Assembly: GCF_001564455.1 (NCBI RefSeq)
Contig: NZ_CP011391.1
Coordinates: forward strand, 540,001-572,000
DNA: 32,000 nucleotides
Direction: 5' to 3'
From: Faecalibaculum rodentium
GTDB taxonomy: Bacteria > Bacillota_I > Bacilli_A > Erysipelotrichales > Erysipelotrichaceae
A program made the translations under genes and the position numbers. Position 1 is the first letter of the stretch. Each line of letters starts with the position of its first letter. Under the pieces are notes generated by a model, which was not told the DNA's origin, did not search any database, and worked only from the letters and a program-made list of their open reading frames with translations. Below are positions 1-6,552 of the stretch, one piece after another.

Positions 1-1
1 T

Positions 2-79
2 ATCGTGAGAAATTCTTGCTTGATTTGCGAGGTCAAACAAGATAAAATCAAAACGAACAAGGTTACTGTTCACTATTAA
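2..79 (+). CDS. 3' end of an unidentified flanking gene (partial, runs off the left edge)
   Basis: Frame 2 is open from the window edge (...IVRNSCLICEVKQDKIKTNKVTVHY) to TAA at 77-79. An A-run/GC/T-run hairpin follows directly. Too short to assign a family. Confidence 0.3.
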   Translation: MVRNSCLICEVKQDKIKTNKVTVHY

Positions 80-111
80 AAAAAGGTTGCTGGGCGGGCC
101 GCCTTTTTTTT
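78..111 (+). terminator. Putative intrinsic terminator after the flanking gene
   Basis: AAAAAAAGG (78-86) can pair with CCTTTTTTT (102-110) around a GC-rich loop, then a T-run. It could act in both directions. Confidence 0.4.
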
Positions 112-149
112 GCTTTTTGCTCTTGCAATCATTCTACACCGGATAAGAT

Positions 150-184
150 AAAAAATAAAACGACTGAGATACAATTTCTCAGTC
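150..184 (-). terminator. Intrinsic terminator downstream of the large serine recombinase gene
   Basis: 8-bp stem GACTGAGA (162-169) / TCTCAGTC (177-184) with a 7-nt loop. On the minus strand a T-rich run follows (plus-strand A-run 150-160). It sits 17 nt past the stop at 201. Confidence 0.6.
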
Positions 185-200
185 ATGTAACTCATAAAAA

Positions 201-1493
201 TTATAGAACTCTTTTGAATTCGACTTGATGATGTTTTTTTGTGAACGGATCAAACACTATTTTGGCCACGGTCGATTGAACAAACTGGAACTTCAATAAG
301 GGATCTGATTTGTGGAATGTATCTTTACTTAATGAAGCGATACTCCATCCTTTTTTTAGATTTGCCATTTGGTCAGATAGGCTCTCCATGGCCAATGCAA
401 AAGCTTGCTGTGAAAGTTCGCGGTTTTGATATTGCATCATAACGTTCTCTATAGAGGTATTGAGATCGATCATCTTCTTCTCGTATTCTCTATACAATCT
501 TTCTTCCCGGAGGGACTGCATATTGTCGCAGATCGGATCAAGAACAGATTTCAACAGCTTATCTTGATTGATCCGTGCCTTACAGTGCGGGCAGCAGTAG
601 TAATAATATATTGTAGTACCTTTGGTCGTACAGGACTGTTCCATCCTACATCCACAGTTTTTACAGTAGACTTTAGAATGGAATATATATTTCCGGTGCC
701 TTGGGGCATGAATTTGACGGAAAGCCAAGACTTTTTGAAGATCCATAAATTTATCTTCTTCCATTATGGCTGGTATCAGCCCGATGTAATCATTCTCGCG
801 GTACCTAAATTTTCCAATCAAGCGCTCATTTGAGAGCTCTTTTTTTATAGTTAGAGCTGACTTGTAGATACCGAATTCCCGTTTAATGAGAGACGAAATG
901 TAAGTGAGAGAATGACCTTCCAGGATGCGTTCAGCTGCATATAGGACGATTTTAGAATCAGTCGGATCGATGTGCAGACGCCCGAACTCATCTTTACACC
1001 ATCCAAAAGGTGTGGATCCGAATGGGTATTTTCCAAGTTGTGCCATGGCAACCATACCGTCAATGGTTCTCTCTGAAATGACTTCTCGTTCCCACTGAGC
1101 GATGATAGATAAAATCCCTACAAACAGCCTGCCGTTTGCTGATGTGATGTCGAGGTTATCAATGATTGCAGCCAGCTCACATTGATGCAGATCCAGTTCT
1201 TTGATCAGGTTATATGTATCAACAACATTACGAGTAAGCCTGTCTAATTTATAGGTAATGATCTTGCCGACTTTCCCGGAACGAATATCTTTTAGCAGTT
1301 CTTGCATTTTGGGGCGTTTAAGATTTTTTGCGGAATAACCGTCATCAACGTAATAGCGTACATTTTTGCTGTCGATATTATATAGATCGATCCATTTATC
1401 GCACTTTTCTCTTTGCGCTTCTAATCCATAACCTTCTAATGCCCGTTCCCGGGATGATACCCGAAGATAAATTGCAGTAAATTTTAAACTCAT
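201..1493 (-). CDS. Large serine recombinase (probable element integrase/excisionase enzyme)
   Basis: N-terminal resolvase catalytic motif AIYLRVSSRERALEGYGLEAQ. Central recombinase domain. Cys-rich zinc ribbon (CKNCGCRMEQ...CCPHCKARI) and C-terminal coiled coil. ATG at 1493 is preceded by GGAGG (1499-1503). The track start at 1505 is a TTG inside that SD. Confidence 0.9.
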   Translation of the reverse strand: MSLKFTAIYLRVSSRERALEGYGLEAQREKCDKWIDLYNIDSKNVRYYVDDGYSAKNLKRPKMQELLKDIRSGKVGKIITYKLDRLTRNVVDTYNLIKELDLHQCELAAIIDNLDITSANGRLFVGILSIIAQWEREVISERTIDGMVAMAQLGKYPFGSTPFGWCKDEFGRLHIDPTDSKIVLYAAERILEGHSLTYISSLIKREFGIYKSALTIKKELSNERLIGKFRYRENDYIGLIPAIMEEDKFMDLQKVLAFRQIHAPRHRKYIFHSKVYCKNCGCRMEQSCTTKGTTIYYYYCCPHCKARINQDKLLKSVLDPICDNMQSLREERLYREYEKKMIDLNTSIENVMMQYQNRELSQQAFALAMESLSDQMANLKKGWSIASLSKDTFHKSDPLLKFQFVQSTVAKIVFDPFTKKHHQVEFKRVL

Positions 1494-1588
1494 AAATTCC
1501 TCCAAAAAATATTACAATAAATAAAATATATGTGATAAAATAAAATCATAAATCTGCAAAGTTATATTCTTCACCGAGGGAGGGAGGA

Positions 1589-1705
1589 ATGCTAACTAAA
1601 ATTATCATAACGATTATCACTGGCATTTTAATTGGTACTATAAGTAACCTATTAAGTACCTTGATAATCGAAAAAATCCATTGTAGAAATCAAAAAAAGT
1701 TTTAA
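1589..1705 (+). CDS. 38-aa hydrophobic mini-protein (candidate type I toxin-like or small membrane peptide)
   Basis: Not in the ORF track because it is under 60 aa. ATG 1589 lies just after the purine tract GAGGGAGGGAGGA (1576-1588). Product MLTKIIITIITGILIGTISNLLSTLIIEKIHCRNQKKF has one TM helix plus a basic tail. TAA at 1703-1705 is followed by a hairpin. Confidence 0.45.
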   Translation: MLTKIIITIITGILIGTISNLLSTLIIEKIHCRNQKKF

Positions 1706-1710
1706 AAAAC

Positions 1711-1747
1711 AAAGTGGCCAGTCGTCTTCAATGAGATTGGCCACTTT
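1711..1747 (+). terminator. Hairpin after mini-ORF 1
   Basis: 10-bp stem AAAGTGGCCA (1711-1720) / TGGCCACTTT (1738-1747) with a 17-nt loop. The T tail is weak. Confidence 0.4.
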
Positions 1748-1848
1748 GTTAATACCGATGAGAAATTAAATACTCGCGCACTTCAGTTTATATGGTAAGC
1801 TTTTGGAGCTGGCTATTCACCTCTAACGGCCAAAGGAGGTGATTGCCG

Positions 1849-1935
1849 ATGAATAGGTTCTACGAATTAATTGTTGCTGTCGTGGCGGATCTACTAGCCG
1901 AGTATATCCGCAGGTGGCTGGACAGGAACACATAA
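1849..1935 (+). CDS. 28-aa Fst/PepA1-like type I toxin candidate
   Basis: Not in the ORF track. GGAGG at 1835-1839 lies 9 nt before ATG 1849. Product MNRFYELIVAVVADLLAEYIRRWLDRNT is a hydrophobic helix ending in an aromatic-W-L-D/S-R-basic tail. From memory this resembles S. aureus PepA1 (...FFSYWLSRRNTK) and Fst-family toxins. TAA at 1933-1935 runs into a terminator. Confidence 0.55.
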   Translation: MNRFYELIVAVVADLLAEYIRRWLDRNT

Positions 1936-1980
1936 AAGCCAGCCAGCCCATGAGCCAGTAGATACCACCTGCTGGCTTTT
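1935..1980 (+). terminator. Terminator of the toxin-candidate mRNA
   Basis: AAAAGCCAGC (1935-1944) pairs with GCTGGCTTTT (1971-1980), followed by T/A-rich sequence. The loop is long (26 nt), so the structure is approximate. Confidence 0.45.
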
Positions 1981-1982
1981 TA

Positions 1983-2045
1983 TAAAAAAGAGCACTTAGT
2001 ACCACTCTAAGTGCCCCGGCCGATGTGGCTCTACGAATTAAGCCA
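1983..2045 (-). ncRNA. Candidate convergent antitoxin sRNA for the Fst/PepA1-like mini-ORF
   Basis: Possible minus-strand promoter AGGACA-17-TATTAT (-10 = complement of 2051-2056). The predicted 5' end carries the complement of GCCGATG-T-GGCTCTACGAATTAA (2019-2041), a near copy of the toxin start region GCCGATG-AATA-GGTTCTACGAATTAA (1845-1870). It ends in hairpin GCACTTAG (1992-1999) / CTAAGTGC (2007-2014) followed on the minus strand by TCTTTTTT. Confidence 0.35.
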
Positions 2046-2173
2046 CTAGTATAATAGCATATAGATTGCAAATTGTCCTCTGTAGAAACTTCGGCAAAAA
2101 TCCGTAAAAAAACCGCACAACATCAACAACCTATGTTATCTTTTCCCGCGACACAGAAAGCGGGGGGCGAGAC

Positions 2174-2278
2174 ATGCCATATAAAAAATGTATAGTTTCT
2201 CTCTTGGGAGAACTTTTGGTAGCGGTTTTAAGCGCTATTATATCTTCATATATTTTAAGATTGATCGGGTGGTCTTGA
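2174..2278 (+). CDS. 34-aa hydrophobic mini-protein (candidate type I toxin-like peptide)
   Basis: Not in the ORF track. G-run SD (2162-2167) lies 6 nt before ATG 2174. Product MPYKKCIVSLLGELLVAVLSAIISSYILRLIGWS has a basic N-terminus plus one TM helix. The 3' end is embedded in a strong terminator. Hairpin CCCGC (2145-2149) / GCGGG (2160-2164) could occlude the SD. Confidence 0.45.
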   Translation: MPYKKCIVSLLGELLVAVLSAIISSYILRLIGWS

Positions 2279-2300
2279 ACTGGCCACCCGATCGCTTTTT
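2263..2300 (+). terminator. Intrinsic terminator of mini-ORF 3
   Basis: Perfect 10-bp stem GATCGGGTGG (2263-2272) / CCACCCGATC (2284-2293) with an 11-nt loop, then GCTTTTT. Confidence 0.7.
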
Positions 2301-2329
2301 AAATAATTTAAATGTATTATGGAGGAGCT

Positions 2330-2545
2330 ATGAAAGTACCGACATCTATCAAAGAGTATGATCTTCAAAGGATTATTGAAGAAACTGCTATAGTTCGCGA
2401 TATGCAGCCAAACGAATTGAGCGGATTCCTGAACTGCAGCCCTGAGCTGAAGGACCGCCTTGATAGGGCCCAAGAATATGATTATAAGTACCTACTTGAA
2501 GAGATAAGGGCTTTATGTCAGAGATATGCGGATGAAAGATTTTAG
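2330..2545 (+). CDS. Hypothetical 71-aa protein
   Basis: ATG 2330 is preceded by GGAGGAGCT (SD at 2321-2325). The track start at 2312 has no SD. Terminator hairpins lie on both sides. No recognisable motif. Confidence 0.55.
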   Translation: MKVPTSIKEYDLQRIIEETAIVRDMQPNELSGFLNCSPELKDRLDRAQEYDYKYLLEEIRALCQRYADERF

Positions 2546-2595
2546 AGGCTGTAACAGTAGACCAGTTTTATAGCTGGAAACTGAGTACAGCCTCT
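2544..2595 (+). terminator. Long imperfect hairpin terminator
   Basis: AGAGGCTGTA (2544-2553) pairs with TACAGCCTCT (2586-2595). Inner pairs CAGT/ACTG and CCAG/CTGG add to the stem. TTCTTT follows. Confidence 0.55.
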
Positions 2596-2617
2596 TTCTT
2601 TGTAGTTTTAAGCATTA

Positions 2618-2661
2618 GAAGCCCTGGAGAATTCCATCAACTTTCTCCAGGGCTTCTTTTC
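2618..2661 (+). terminator. Second hairpin terminator
   Basis: Perfect 13-bp stem GAAGCCCTGGAGA (2618-2630) / TCTCCAGGGCTTC (2644-2656) with a 13-nt loop and a TTTTC tail. Confidence 0.6.
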
Positions 2662-2717
2662 GGGCATTATGAAAACAACTTTGGGGTATAACTTCTAAAA
2701 AACGCTCTGTTTCTCTT

Positions 2718-3179
2718 TCAGTTCAGCTTACCCGTTGAATTACAGGCTCTCTGTTTAAGCCAGAACAGATGATATTTGTACAGATTCATCCCCAGACAGT
2801 TCAAGAGAAATTCCATCCTGACACCTTTCAGTCCTCTTCTTTTGAATCTGGTCATTCCCCGGTTCTGTTTCAGGATCCCGAACGCTCCTTCTACCTGTGA
2901 AGATCTCTGCCTGCACAGCCCTTTTCCTTCTTCAGACTCCAGATTCTCATCCACTTTCCTCTGTAGTTCCTCCATCACTACATTCTTTCCGACTCTCCTG
3001 TACTCTCCGAACCGGAAACACTGGGACCGTCTGGGACATCCCTCACAATGGCCTTTCTCCGCATACATCTGACTGATATGAAGGTTTCCACCTCGGGTCC
3101 TTGAGGTGCTGTCTCCTTCATACTGGTCTAGCACCCTTCCTTCCGGACAAATCAGGAATCCTTCCTCTGTCCGTTTCCA
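2718..3179 (-). mobile_element. IS1182/IS5-type transposase C-terminal remnant, read in frame as the tail of ORF 2718..3479
   Basis: The C-terminal ~150 aa (EEGFLICPEGRVL...CEGCPRRSQCFRF...RQRSSQVEGAFGILKQNRGMTRFKRRGLKGVRMEFLLNCLGMNLYK) matches my memory of IS1182-family transposase C-termini. There is no N-terminal two-thirds and no identifiable IR. GC content rises left of ~3180. The junction coordinate is approximate. Confidence 0.6.
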
Positions 3180-3479
3180 TTGGGATTTCTTGATTTGGGC
3201 AATGTAATCCATATACGATTGCCCATCCTTACGAGTGAGTAGGTCCAGAGCAACGATGATGTCGGGATCCCATTCCTTTGAGAAATCCCTTAATTGTAAA
3301 TCAGTATCTTCAAATGCATCATGCATTAGGGCTACAATCACCGCTTCTTCATCTTCACCCATTAGTTCTGCAACTTCTGCGAGATGAAAAATATATGGAT
3401 ACCCCGCTTTATCACATTGGTGGAGATGGGCGTTGTAGGCAAAAGTAGCTGCCCGTTGAATTCTTTCTGTTCGTAACAT
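3180..3479 (-). pseudogene. HD-domain phosphohydrolase (SpoT/small alarmone hydrolase-like), truncated after ~100 aa
   Basis: N-terminus MLRTERIQRAATFAYNAHLHQCDKAGYPYIFHLAEVAELMG...ALMHDAFEDT carries the H...HD motif of RelA/SpoT-type HD hydrolases. SD GGAAGGG precedes ATG 3479. The domain breaks off near aa 100, where transposase-like sequence begins. Confidence 0.6.
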
Positions 3480-3507
3480 AGTACCCTTCCTAACAATATA
3501 AAAGATT

Positions 3508-4116
3508 TCATCTCTTCCGATATCTGCGTAAGAGGTTGTAAAACGTGCCCGGCTTTAGGTTTAGATCTTGCTGGGCTTTTTGAGCCGTGATGTCCCCTGA
3601 CTCATACTGTTTGATTATTTCTGCCCAATTCTTCGGAAATTCAATTCTGGGTCTTCCTGTAGGTCTTCCTGCTTTTTTGGCAGCTGCAATTCCTTCACGT
3701 TGCCTTTCCCGGATTTTTTCGCGTTCCATCTGTGCAATATAAGAGAGCAAATCAAAAACGACTTTGGAAACGAGTTGATTCATTGTGTCTTGGCCGGGTT
3801 TAGTGTCAAGAATTGGCATATCCAGGACTCGCAAGTAAATACCTCGATCAGTCAGTTCTTTCCATTCTTTTTCCATTTCCGTAGCGTTCCGACCCAGTCG
3901 ATCTAGGCTACATATAATGAGGGTGTCGCCACGGCGAAGAAAGTCTTTCATGCGTTGGTATTCAGGACGATCAAAATTTCGTCCGGACTGTTTGTCTTGG
4001 AAGAGATACCTCTCGTTTGTAATCAGCGGAAGCAGCTGCATAATTTGTCGATCAAGGTTCTGATCACGAGAGGAAACACGGGCATACCCCACGATTACAC
4101 TGTTTTCTGTCGTCAT
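3508..4116 (-). CDS. Small serine recombinase (resolvase/invertase family)
   Basis: VIVGYARVSSRDQNLDRQ catalytic motif. 202 aa. C-terminal HTH (ITAQKAQQDLNLKPGTFYNLLRRYRK). No obvious SD before ATG 4116. Confidence 0.9.
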   Translation of the reverse strand: MTTENSVIVGYARVSSRDQNLDRQIMQLLPLITNERYLFQDKQSGRNFDRPEYQRMKDFLRRGDTLIICSLDRLGRNATEMEKEWKELTDRGIYLRVLDMPILDTKPGQDTMNQLVSKVVFDLLSYIAQMEREKIRERQREGIAAAKKAGRPTGRPRIEFPKNWAEIIKQYESGDITAQKAQQDLNLKPGTFYNLLRRYRKR

Positions 4117-4131
4117 AGCTATAGTTTACTG

Positions 4132-4247
4132 CAAAAAGGTACACCTTTATGAAGAAGGAGATTATTCTAGATAGTTGCATTCAAAAAGGTCCATATTTCT
4201 TATTTATACACACTTCAAAAAGTAGGAGACCTTTTTGCACAAAAAGG
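4132..4247. promoter_or_regulatory. Array of CAAAAAGG motifs upstream of the resolvase gene (possible res or operator sites)
   Basis: CAAAAAGG at 4132-4139, 4182-4189 and 4240-4247. CAAAAAGT at 4216-4223. Inverted copy CCTTTTTG at 4230-4237. Local dyads AAAGGtacaCCTTT (4135-4148) and CAAAAAG-N8-CTTTTTG (4216-4237). Confidence 0.35.
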
Positions 4248-4428
4248 GAGAATAAGGTTTGAATTTAGTCTCCCATAAGAATCACATAATCAGTCGTAAG
4301 ATTGCTACAAATAAAAAAAGGCTGCAACGGCTGGTTTTCTCCATAGAAGAGGTATATCCCAACACCGCTCATCCTTTTCGTATATTAAGTATAACAGCAT
4401 TTTTCAGAAGTCATATAGAGAAAGACAG

Positions 4429-4830
4429 TCAATCATCAGGCAATCCTTTGTTTACCGCCAAGTATCTCTCGGCGGCTTTTCTGGCAGTTATAGCATCGTC
4501 CAAGTCTTCGAAATAACCCAGATACATGCGCTTTCCATGATAGCTGATAGACGCTTCCCAGCGCTTGTCTTTCTCCTTCCAGCTGACTCCATTCTGGCCA
4601 CTGGTGTTGTTTGTTTTTGGCTTCGCGTCGACTACCCTTTCAATGGATCGAGCACCACACTTGCCGCAGGACTGGCTCTTTCCAGAAATCAGATGATGAC
4701 CTCTAACTACCTTTTCCTCACCACACTTGCACCGGCACAAATACTGCGTCCAGCCACTGTTGGAGTCCACTCTCTTGAGCACAGTCCAGTTACCGAACTC
4801 GTCCCCAGGATGGATATCCAGCTTTTTCAA
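4429..4830 (-). CDS. AP2-domain DNA-binding protein with N-terminal Cys-rich module
   Basis: GNWTVLKRV...CRCKCGEEKVV...SCGKCG followed by GVSWKEKDKRWEASISYHGKRMYLGYFEDLDDAITARKAAE, the AP2/integrase-type DNA-binding pattern common in Firmicute phages and mobile elements. TTG start at 4830 lies 8 nt after GGAGA and overlaps the upstream stop (TTGA). Confidence 0.7.
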   Translation of the reverse strand: MKKLDIHPGDEFGNWTVLKRVDSNSGWTQYLCRCKCGEEKVVRGHHLISGKSQSCGKCGARSIERVVDAKPKTNNTSGQNGVSWKEKDKRWEASISYHGKRMYLGYFEDLDDAITARKAAERYLAVNKGLPDD

Positions 4831-5213
4831 AACGTGTATCTCCGGTTTCTGAACGCCAGATCCTTCTTCAGCTCAGTAGCGTTTTCATAGCCTAATGCAT
4901 GAGCCAAAGCATCTGCGTTATCCAGAGACATTTGGCCAATAGACTGTTCGCCCTTGACCACTCGTTCAACGGTCCGATTGCTCAGGCCAGAATCTTTGGT
5001 TAGACGGTAAACAGACATTCCTCTTTCCTCGAGAAGGTCTTTCAGCCCGAATGGCTTTTCATCCCAGAGTTTGTCGTCCTTGAACTGCATTACGCTGTTC
5101 AGCTTTAAACCATCCGCCAGACGCTTTTCGATTGGAGTACTTGTCAGCAGCCGGTAAGAATAAACAAGTGTCTTCAGGTCAATGACCATAACCACCTCAG
5201 GATCGGTCTCCAT
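4827..5213 (-). CDS. XRE-type helix-turn-helix protein (5' end uncertain)
   Basis: C-terminal half contains MSVYRLTKDSGLSNRTVERVVKGEQSIGQMSLDNADALAHALG, a typical HTH_XRE pattern. The frame stays open upstream to a TAG near 5333-5335 with no ATG/GTG/TTG in between. Confidence 0.55.
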   Translation of the reverse strand: METDPEVVMVIDLKTLVYSYRLLTSTPIEKRLADGLKLNSVMQFKDDKLWDEKPFGLKDLLEERGMSVYRLTKDSGLSNRTVERVVKGEQSIGQMSLDNADALAHALGYENATELKKDLAFRNRRYTF

Positions 5214-5360
5214 CTCATCCCTACGCTTGAAGTCAATCAGTATGGCGAAATCTTCAAGATGACCTTCATTATACCGGTTAACCAGAGTCCTGACGAATGC
5301 TTTCTTCTCGTCATAGCTCGATTGGAGAGTAAACTAATCCTGATTCTTCAAATCTGAAAC

Positions 5361-5393
5361 AAAAAAGCCGGGATCGTATCACAACGTCCCGGC
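5361..5393 (-). terminator. Intrinsic terminator after the Toprim gene
   Basis: GCCGGGA (5367-5373) / TCCCGGC (5387-5393) with a 13-nt loop. A T6 run follows on the minus strand (plus-strand A-run 5361-5366). Confidence 0.7.
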
Positions 5394-5407
5394 ATCTTTA
5401 TACTATA

Positions 5408-6550
5408 TTATCGTTCAAGCCCCCCTCCCTTATCGCGAACCTCTTTTTTGGATGGTGGCATTTTAATAGGCTGATCTAATTCTCCAGATTTAATCGACCT
5501 TAAGGTATCATTCCAATCATTGCGGCTCCCAGGAAGTAAAACTCTAGCTAGTATACACTCGTCCAGTAAGGCTTCTGCAACCTGTTCTGCAGCTTCCTTG
5601 CCTGGATTGCGGCCACTTCTTAACTCTTCTTCATGATCATTATTGAAGGCTATGATCACTTCTGTGCATCCATATAGGGACGCAGTTTCCCTGATTGCCT
5701 GAGTTTTTGTAACTGAACCAGTAGCTAAGTACGAGAACCCTTTCCAGGCAAAACCTCCATCTTTAAGAATGGTCATATACGACATCATCTCGATTGGCGA
5801 TTCGAAACAAAGCAGTGGTTTAGCAGGCGGCTTATCTTCCGAATAAGCGAGTTGTTGCAAATCAAAGGTTGGATCAAAAAACCATCCCCGTGAGTAGTTG
5901 CACCCCGAAAAATCGCCCATGAATTTGCATCTGGAACTGGTACCTCTAAAACAAATTGAAGAAATCAATCCGTGCTCATCGTGGCCGACAAATGCACACA
6001 TTTTTCCTTTATCATTAGAGATTTGGAAAAGACATTTCTGATCAACAAAAGCCTGAATTATTTCTGGATCTATTCGCCTAGTTTTAGAGAGATATGCATA
6101 CACATATCTCATTGCTTTATTGTCAGGGCTATGCGATATTCTCTGAGACAATTCCCCGGCTAGGTTTCTATGGCGCGCTTCTGGGGTAAGACAATGCGTT
6201 TCGTGGTGTGTGTCATGAACTTCAAAAACAGGATCATCATTCACGTGTGATTCTAGATCATGCAGTGCTTCGTAGTATTTCTTCTCTGTGAAGTGCATGT
6301 AGAAATCCAGCGGCCCGCCCCCCACTGGCTTACCATTAGCCTGGATTTGGGAATATCGGGTAAATGAATTCCGCTCTGTAAAAATAACACATGAATCGTG
6401 GTCAATTAGATGTACAGTCCCTTTTCCATGCTTTTCATAGGGTAGTCCCAAGCTATCAGCTAGATCAAGAATGGAGATTTGTTTATTGATTGCTTGTTTT
6501 AGACGATTCGCCGCTTCGGGTGGCCGCCAATAACTAGTTTTGTTCTCCAT
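5408..6550 (-). CDS. DUF3991/Toprim-domain protein (conjugative-element primase/topoisomerase-like)
   Basis: 380 aa. The N-terminal region and the C-terminal Toprim-like acidic motifs (CFESPIEMMSY; IIAFNNDHEEE) resemble proteins that usually sit next to ArdC in Firmicute ICEs. SD GAGG overlaps the ArdC stop. Confidence 0.7.
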   Translation of the reverse strand: MENKTSYWRPPEAANRLKQAINKQISILDLADSLGLPYEKHGKGTVHLIDHDSCVIFTERNSFTRYSQIQANGKPVGGGPLDFYMHFTEKKYYEALHDLESHVNDDPVFEVHDTHHETHCLTPEARHRNLAGELSQRISHSPDNKAMRYVYAYLSKTRRIDPEIIQAFVDQKCLFQISNDKGKMCAFVGHDEHGLISSICFRGTSSRCKFMGDFSGCNYSRGWFFDPTFDLQQLAYSEDKPPAKPLLCFESPIEMMSYMTILKDGGFAWKGFSYLATGSVTKTQAIRETASLYGCTEVIIAFNNDHEEELRSGRNPGKEAAEQVAEALLDECILARVLLPGSRNDWNDTLRSIKSGELDQPIKMPPSKKEVRDKGGGLER

Positions 6551-6552
6551 TT

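Noticed and set aside
426-833. 135-aa plus-strand ORF and similar long antisense ORFs (for example 7792..8487, 9285..10162, 10303..10725, 14044..14466, 20864..21268, 27471..27896)
   Set aside because: These are shadow ORFs lying entirely opposite well-supported genes. They lack SDs and have low-complexity or implausible composition.
1823-2071. 82-aa minus-strand ORF from the track
   Set aside because: It has no SD, runs through two terminator hairpins, and is better explained by the plus-strand 28-aa mini-ORF plus a short antisense RNA.
4259-4516. 85-aa plus-strand ORF between the resolvase and AP2 genes
   Set aside because: It has no SD and a TTG-type start, overlaps the AP2 gene 3' end on the opposite strand, and shows no motif.
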